From positions 145,633,016 to 145,663,124 of the forward strand of contig JANKJI020000002.1 in the NCBI GenBank assembly GCA_024626585.2: a stretch of DNA of 30,109 bases, given 5' to 3'. Positions 22,765 to 30,109 of the stretch are shown here, one piece after another (positions within the stretch are counted from its first letter, which is position 1; the number at the start of each line of letters is the position of its first letter). The DNA comes from Ginkgo biloba. Its lineage: Eukaryota > Plantae > Ginkgophyta. Both the position numbers and the translations under genes were made by a program. The notes beneath the pieces were generated by a model, which was not told the origin of the DNA, ran no database searches, and was given only the letters and a program-made list of their open reading frames with translations.

Positions 22765-24935
22765 AGGGGGATTCAAGTAAAATTTCCAAATTAAATTATC
22801 TGCAGATACTTGTTGATTCTATGCAAAATGATGATGGGGCCACTAGAGATAAACATAAGGTAAGTCCCTCCTTAAATTTTGTATTTAGTAGCCTAAATAT
22901 TTTCACTATCTATAGTTAGCTCTGCAGGATCAAAAATTTTAAACCTTGTGCCAGTTCCTTCACTGNNNNNNNNNNNNNNNNNNNNNNNNNNNNNNNNNNN
23001 NNNNNNNNNNNNNNNNNNNNNNNNNNNNNNNNNNNNNNNNNNNNNNNNNNNNNNNNNNNNNNNNNAATGTTTACTAATCGAATGATAATTTTTTCTAATG
23101 CCCAAAGAAATGGGTATGCCAAAAGAAAATATAATATATCCAATATATATTGAGTGAAAAAATAACCAATTTATAATGGACAATAATAAGAAAAGATGAT
23201 TATTATATTTATAAAATTTTGGAGTGGAATTAATTATTCCTTTTAGATTGTGGTGTAAATTCAATGAAAGTTAGCATAAATACCCTACAAGTTATATANN
23301 NNNNNNNNNNNNNNNATAATGTTATGTGGCTAAGAGAAGTATGAATAGGATTAGAAATCCTACATGAGGTGATTATTTCTCCCAAAATTTTAGGTAAGAA
23401 AACTTTATTTAGAGAACCCTACACTCGAGGGGAAAAATATAAATATCAATATTGATGAACTATTACACTCTAACCAATATAAGTAGAGGATCATTAGTCA
23501 TATTCCAGTATAATTATCCCTTAAATGAACATTATCATATATATGGTGTAACCAAATATATATAGCCCTTAACCCTTATGGGATGTCCCAGCCATAGGTT
23601 AGTGTATGTTATATTTCCACACTCTAAGGATAATTCATCTATAATGGCCTACCCATTCCTAAATTAGCCTATAATTCTATTATTTGGAGTGGTTTTATAA
23701 TAGGGTGTTTTAATGCAAAAATATCACCCTTATAAAATGTTAGTATAAACTTATATGGAAAATGTGTCTTAATCTAGATTCCTTTTATTAGATTTTATTC
23801 AGATTAATTTAAATTTTTGGGTGGGGAAAATTAACGTCTGAGTCCTACCCAAGAATAAAAAATTCAATAGGAAAATCTAAAATTTTCACATGAAAATAAA
23901 ATTACTTTCCTAAAGTAGGAAAAGAAATTAAAAAAAATATAATAATTTACAATAGGAAATTTCTAATATAAATATAAATTATGAAATAAAATAATCTTTA
24001 TATGATAGAAATACCTATAGTATAAATTATGCATATGACATACAATTTACAAATTTAAGAAATTATAGTAATATAAAATATGTAAATGAAGAAAAAAATT
24101 ATAATAAATAAACTTAAAAATATAATCAAAACTAAAAATAACAATCCTGTGATTGAAAAAATTAGATGTAAAATATTTATGCATTTCCAAAAAAATTACT
24201 AAAGAGAAAGTGATGTCATAATTTTATTTATTTTTAGACTATAGAGTTTGATTGAAACTATTAGTCTATAAGGTTTGATTAAAAGGTAAGGTTTAACTAA
24301 AATAAATGGTTTATAGGATTCAATCAAAAGGTTTAGGTGAGTAGTATTTGACCAAATTCTAAATGTACATGGTTTTACCAAAAGTTTTGAGATAACTATG
24401 AGAACAAAAAAAGGGGATAAAAAATACGATGAAGATGAGTAACTAGGTGAAAATGTTGCAAACTACAAAAAATGTGACTTGTGAAAAAAATTTAGGGAAG
24501 GAATCCATATCAATATATTAACGAGTATAATGATACAATTTCATGAANNNNNNNNNNNNNNNNNNNNNNNNNNNNNNNNNNNNNNNNNNNNNNNNNNNNN
24601 NNNNNNNNNNNNNNNNNNNNNNNNNNNNNNNNNNNNNNNNNNNNNNNNNNNNNNNNNNNNNNNNNNNNNNNNNNNNNNNNNNNNNNNNNNNNNNNNNNNN
24701 NNNNNNNNNNNNNNNNNNNNNNNNNNNNNNNNNNNNNNNNNNNNNNNNNNNNNNNNNNNNNNNNNNNNNNNNNNNNNNNNNNNNNNNNNNNNNNNNNNNN
24801 NNNNNNNNNNNNNNNNNNNNNNNNNNNNNNNNNNNNNNNNNNNNNNNNNNNNNNNNNNNNNNNNNNNNNNNNNNNNNNNNNNNNNNNNNNNNNNNNNNNN
24901 NNNNNNNNNNNNNNNNNNNNNNNNNNNNNNNNNNN

Positions 24936-25760
24936 GATTAATATCAAATAATATTTTCATTAATGGAAATAAGGAAGAAAGAAAATATGGGTGATCCTAT
25001 CAAATGTTGATCATATAAGGGAATGTATGAAAATAATCCTCTCCTTATACCCTCCTAATTTATGAGAAGTATAAATTCCAAAATAAATGGTGGAGTTTCC
25101 CTCTAGATGTTAAGATACAAAATCTCAATGATTCCTTAGTATGAAGGCAAGTATTATCAAGTGATCTCCTTAAAAATATAATATGGAAGCCTTTAGATGA
25201 TAATATAGATTCTATAATAGATATCCTTTATTTGTTCCTTGTAGAAAATAAGTATTTATATAATGAAATTAGTTGTATGATCTCAACAATAGTAAGAACT
25301 AGTGAACTACCACATAGTATATCACAATATCCAAGGTAATATTTTTGAGGTCATATCTAAATTTTTAATATATAAAATAATTTCTTTATTATTTTTTGTA
25401 TCATAATGTAACAAGAAAATATCTTGTATTTATGTTGAATTTTTTGATGTATAAAAAAACCATTAAAACCCCATTCATGTATCTCAATTTTTTATCTATA
25501 ATGTGAAAAAATGTGAAGTGGAAAGATGAAAAATGATGTATGTGGCCAAATAATATAATATCTATGTGAGAATAATATGGACATGTAAGTTAACACAAAT
25601 TAAAGTCCTCATAGAAATATGTAAATGAATCATACTAATATAATATGAGTTACAAAATAGATCAACATCACATAATAGGATTTAAATGTGGTATAAATGA
25701 TATATCAAATGAGTTATAACATGTGTAAAATATGTAATATAAGGATATAAATACACATAA
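24936..25760 (-). repeat. 3' internal region, PPT and LTR start, copy 2 of the 18800-19600 family
   Basis: Colinear diverged homology to about 18800-19600, including TTATATGATC inside the putative LTR and the PPT junction at about 25049. Confidence 0.7.
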
Positions 25761-26410
25761 TAATAGAGATATATTTTTCATTGATAATGAAAATGAAAAG
25801 GTGCAACAAAAGGTGAATAATTCTTCTTGTTATGATAATTTATGATCAAATTACTAATGTGATACACTATGTTTTTGATGAAAAATTATATTATATTTTA
25901 TATATTTGTTTAATCAAATTCTTGGTATTATTTTGATTCCTTATCACCAACTACTAGTCACTTTGGCATAGGCATAATAAATATCAACTATTTTAGTGTA
26001 GGATTAATTAAATTTCTCTAGAACCTTCTTTATGGTAGTATTTAGATTTTGGCTCCTTTGGAGTAATTCATGGTAATTTTTCTTCTTATTTTGGATTTTA
26101 TTCATTTTTATCCAATTCACATCGATATTTTACTCAATAACATAATTTTTATTATATTCATCTTCTCTATCATACTTTCTAAGATAATACTTTCCAAAAT
26201 AATCCTTATGTTCATCTCATCCAAAATCTAGTTTTTATCTATTGATATTAAATAATGAAAACCTACTAATGAATGGATATGTATTGGTCCAAAATTAAGA
26301 GTTAGGTGATNNNNNNNNNNNNNNNNNNNNNNNNNNNNNNNNNNNNNNNNNNNNNNNNNNNNNNNNNNNNNNNNNNNNNNNNNNNNNNNNNNNNNNNNNN
26401 NNNNNNNNNN

Positions 26411-27718
26411 TATAACACATATCCTTAATACTTTATTTTTAACCATATTATATAGATGGCCTTTAATCATGGTATATGATATATTTATTCATACCAAAAT
26501 TTTTCTTTATTACAGTAATAAAACTTTTGTTGCTATTTATGTACTTTAAAATTTTTTATTGGATTATCCTTAATTCATAATAAAGTCACACCAATAAATA
26601 TATAATTAATTTATCTCACCTTACTTATTTTAATTACAAATAATAAATATATATAGTTGGATTTTCCTAGGTTCATAAATATTTAAAACTCATACTCTTC
26701 AAAGAGTATAACCCACATTATTAGTCTTCCTTATTGGATAGGTTTTTTTATAATATATTTTAAATATTTATGGTGCATATAAAATTTAAAAATAATCCCA
26801 ACAAGTAGTTTCTAATAACTTATAGTGAATTTATCATTCATAATGCTTTTGTTTTAATTGTGTATAATTTTTCATAAATTCACTTAGTTTTCTAGTAGTG
26901 AAATAAATAGGATGATTATTACTTACCTATCCTATATACTATAATATTACTTAAATTAGTGTAGAAAAAAACATCCACTTACACATGAAATTTCACTTTC
27001 CACTTGAGGAATTATAAGATTAATTCTTATGAAATTCTTTTTTTTTTAACCAACTTAAAAGTTTCCTAACATTACTTTGTTGAAATGAATGATTTATCAA
27101 TACTTATAAACTATTTTAATTTGAATTCCATAATTAAATATACTTTGATGAATTTATTATTATATCCATAATGTCTAATAAAATGTTTCACTTGTAGTGT
27201 ATTTCATGGTGGTTGAAGATCAATAATTACCCTCACTTTTGTATGATCCATAATTAATATCTCCTTATAAAAATGTTTTTGAGAGATTTCCATAGTGTGA
27301 AAATATATGAATCTTATAGAAACCAGAGAGGTCTTTATCTCTTTATGTATATTATGAACTTTTTTTTTTGTGTGTTAACCAACTCAAAAGATTCCTAGCA
27401 TTCCTTTTTTGAAATGAATGCTTCATTCTTCCTTAAAACAAATTTTATTGGGAATTCCATAATTTGATATAATTCGATTAATTTACTATAATATGAATAA
27501 TTCATAATAAATTATTTCACTTATGGTGAATTTACTGGTGGTTGAAGATCTAGAATTACCCTCACTTTTGTATGATCCATAATGAATACCTCCTTATAGA
27601 AATTATAGAGGTTTTGGTCTATTTATGTATTTATAGCATTTCCTTTATCTAAGTAAAATGATATCTTATAAAGTAAAAAATTAAGTAGTCATCCAAATAA
27701 ATCTTCAAAATCTTGTTC
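26411..27718 (-). pseudogene. Athila-like Ty3/gypsy RT thumb, RNase H and pre-integrase region
   Basis: KEVFIMDHTKVRVILDLQPP..YYSKLI..EC*ESF; KWKVKFHV*VDV; HPIYFTTRKLSE..NYT; RNYLLG; GRLIMWVILFEEYEF; MIKGHLYNMVKNKVLRICV (compare LIAGHLYKMGxDxILRRCV). Confidence 0.88.
27046..27640. repeat. Tandem duplication with a 329-bp offset
   Basis: Units start TTAACCAACT at 27046 and 27375; identical 30-mer AATTACCCTCACTTTTGTATGATCCATAAT at 27225-27254 and 27554-27583. Confidence 0.92.
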
Positions 27719-27849
27719 NNNNNNNNNNNNNNNNNNNNNNNNNNNNNNNNNNNNNNNNNNNNNNNNNNNNNNNNNNNNNNNNNNNNNNNNNNNNNNNNNN
27801 NNNNNNNNNNNNNNNNNNATTTGATTTAGGATTTATTTAGAATTTTAAA

Positions 27850-29750
27850 TGAAAGCAAAATAATAAACCTGGAATTAGAGAGAAAATGGTTTAATTTGAA
27901 AAGGAAAATCGATGTCAAGGATGTGATGTAGGAATCCCTAATATCAATTAATGAAAAGGTGACTACCAAGATGGATTTATCACAACTAGTGAAAGGATCC
28001 TATGAAGGATTTGTATTAAGAATCCTAAGGTTACTAAGAGTAACTAATTTGAATAATATTCTAGTGGAATGGTTGTGAATAATATTTTTCTCTCTTTAGA
28101 ATAATGCCAAATATAATTTTATAGCATTATATACTATAAAAATCATATATGATATTTAATTGGTAAATATAGACATATCTAATAAATACATACATTCGTC
28201 TACATTAGTATCCATTATCTTTATCAAATATCCTATTATAAGGGAAATGTTGATAAAAAAATAGTCTAGACAACCTAAATCCTTCATGCTTAAGAAATTT
28301 TATTTTGAGTGGAAGCATAAGATAGAATATGAGTAAAAGAAATAAAAAATCACCAATGTTTATGGAAATATAATAAATCATTTCACAAAGGTAAGAGGTC
28401 ATTCATTCAAAGTGTCTGAGATGAAATTAAAATAAGATTGATAGATAATGAAATCAAAGAATTTTTTGAAAGAGATATATACAATTATAAATATTTATGT
28501 ATGTCTTAGGACATTCATAATATTTCCTAAATATTTATCTACAAATGATATTAATGAGGAGGTGGATCAACAATTGAATACTTTTAACCTTAAATTTTAG
28601 GAAAGTCATAAGAAAAGTGTATAGAATATGAAGGGTTATGGTATAAAAAATTATGGAATGAAATTCCNNNNNNNNNNNNNNNNNNNNNNNNNNNNNNNNN
28701 NNNAATATATAGAAAGGATGTAGATATAAGATATGATTTTGAGGATGGGTATTAGAATTTTTTTAATTTGAGGAATTTATATGACCCTAAAGAGGTTACT
28801 TACTCCTTTCACAAAATTTTTAAATTACTAGAATCGTATCATCCATGTAATGAGGATAAAGGAGTTTATGCATTTATTCTATGGTATAAAATAAGTCAAG
28901 GATGATAGAATTTTTTTCTCAAAGTCATAAATAAAACTACAACCTATAAGATTATAAGATATTTTGATGATAAAAATGAAGGAAATATTTTAGTGGGTTA
29001 TAATTTTTAATTGGTAAGATTAATTAATTGTAATAGTGTTGATGAAGATTTTTTCTAGACAAAAGAGGAATTAATATAAGATATAACTAATTATTAAAAA
29101 GGAAAGAAGTATGTTAAGGGGAAGGCTAGGTTACATCAATAATAATTACATATCAAACCCTCAAAATTAGAGTTTTGGGTTGATAATGAGATGAAGGGAG
29201 ATGTATCTACATATTAAAAGAGAAAAAATTCAAACAAGACTGACACATCAACTCCAAGAGATAATACTTAAAATAAGTAGATGCAGGGAAGTGTTAGGAA
29301 AAATACAACTGGAGATGATGGAGGATAAGATAATCCAAAATATATTTATAAATTTTTAAATCCTCATAAAGTTGAATTAGTTAAAATTTAGGATAATGAA
29401 GAATAAGAAATAGAGAAGGAAAAATATTCAAAAATATCAACATAGATGAAAGCCAAAAAGTTAATTTTTAAATATTTAAAGAAATTACACCTGGTGAAGC
29501 TACATAATAGGACACACTATCATATAAAAAGACATAATATAATAAACATTCTAATACTAAATAAAAGGATTCAAATGGGAAAAATGATATGATTAGGAAT
29601 AACAATTCTATTATATGATAAGATGCACCTAACTAAAATGTGAAGAAAATAGGGCATATGACTCAAACTGAATAAAATGTTGAAGTATATGGTGATGTCA
29701 CCATGATAGTGAAAAAGGCAATAGAAGAATATCATGTTCTATTCACCAAA
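27850..29750 (+). pseudogene. Decayed uncharacterised accessory ORF, probably from an LTR retrotransposon
   Basis: Persistent purine-rich, coding-like plus strand with IYTIINIYVCLRTFIIFPKYLSTNDINEEVDQQL (about 28477-28578) and RNLYDPKEV (about 28772), then an E/K/D-rich tail. Resembles, from memory, extra ORFs of gymnosperm LTR elements; no gag or pol motifs. Confidence 0.45.
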
Positions 29751-30109
29751 CCTATTTAGTCAATTCTCCCATTATGGAGATGAATAAAGAAAAAATTGAT
29801 AGATTGTTGGATTTTAAACTAATAAAAAGAAAGATGCATGTATAATTTAATGCATAGGCAGATAAGAAATGTAAAATGACTATATCCAAACTAAATTTTT
29901 GGAAACATAAGATCATTAAGATCATATGACATAATATTAAAGACAAATTTATCAAGGAAGTCCATGCATAAAAATATGTGGCCTGAGCCCAAGTGATTCC
30001 AATCATATAATCACCATACTTAATTAATTCTATCTATAACTTGTACATTCTTAGAAGATTGAGGGGACCAAAAAAAATACATGGCAATATGACCATATTG
30101 AGGATAATT

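Noticed and set aside
23316-23780. CACTA transposase (Transposase_21) remnant on the minus strand
   Set aside because: Only IIDEL and GIII-W-like scraps that need several frameshifts; not supportable without a profile search.
24235-24340. Short degenerate AAGGTTT/GATT repeats
   Set aside because: Irregular low-complexity sequence with no consistent period; not telomeric.
21197-24994. Long ORFs in the supplied track that span N-runs
   Set aside because: They are open only because N codons translate as X.
1-30109. Fungal genome with true RIP
   Set aside because: DUF4283-like LINE ORF1 and Tat/Athila-type elements point to a plant; methylation followed by deamination explains the pattern.

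Overview
This is AT-rich, CpG-depleted eukaryotic DNA, most likely intergenic heterochromatin from a seed plant. The element types resemble those of gymnosperms (inference from memory, no search run). It is assembled as about 35 short contigs of roughly 0.2-1.8 kb separated by N-runs, many exactly 100 N, so adjacency across those gaps is unreliable. I find no intact host gene, RNA gene or CRISPR array. Almost everything recognisable is a decayed retroelement: at least four Ty3/gypsy lineages (Tat/Ogre-like, Athila-like, chromovirus-like and a 'DSGSQKNLI'-protease family) represented by gag, protease, RT, RNase H and integrase pieces, PPT/LTR junctions and a probable PBS. There are also one clear and one weak L1-type LINE ORF1 (DUF4283-like) and a long decayed accessory ORF. 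The most notable observations are: a second Gag-like domain in frame between protease and RT; a hierarchical array built on the palindrome ACCTCGATCGAGGT; a 329-bp tandem duplication of the RT thumb; CpA-biased C-to-T decay with sharply bounded spared islands; and an LTR nested in a gag of its own family. I cannot support a functional novel system; the best candidates are retroelement-architecture oddities. All translations outside the supplied ORF track were done by hand, and coordinates of decayed features are approximate.
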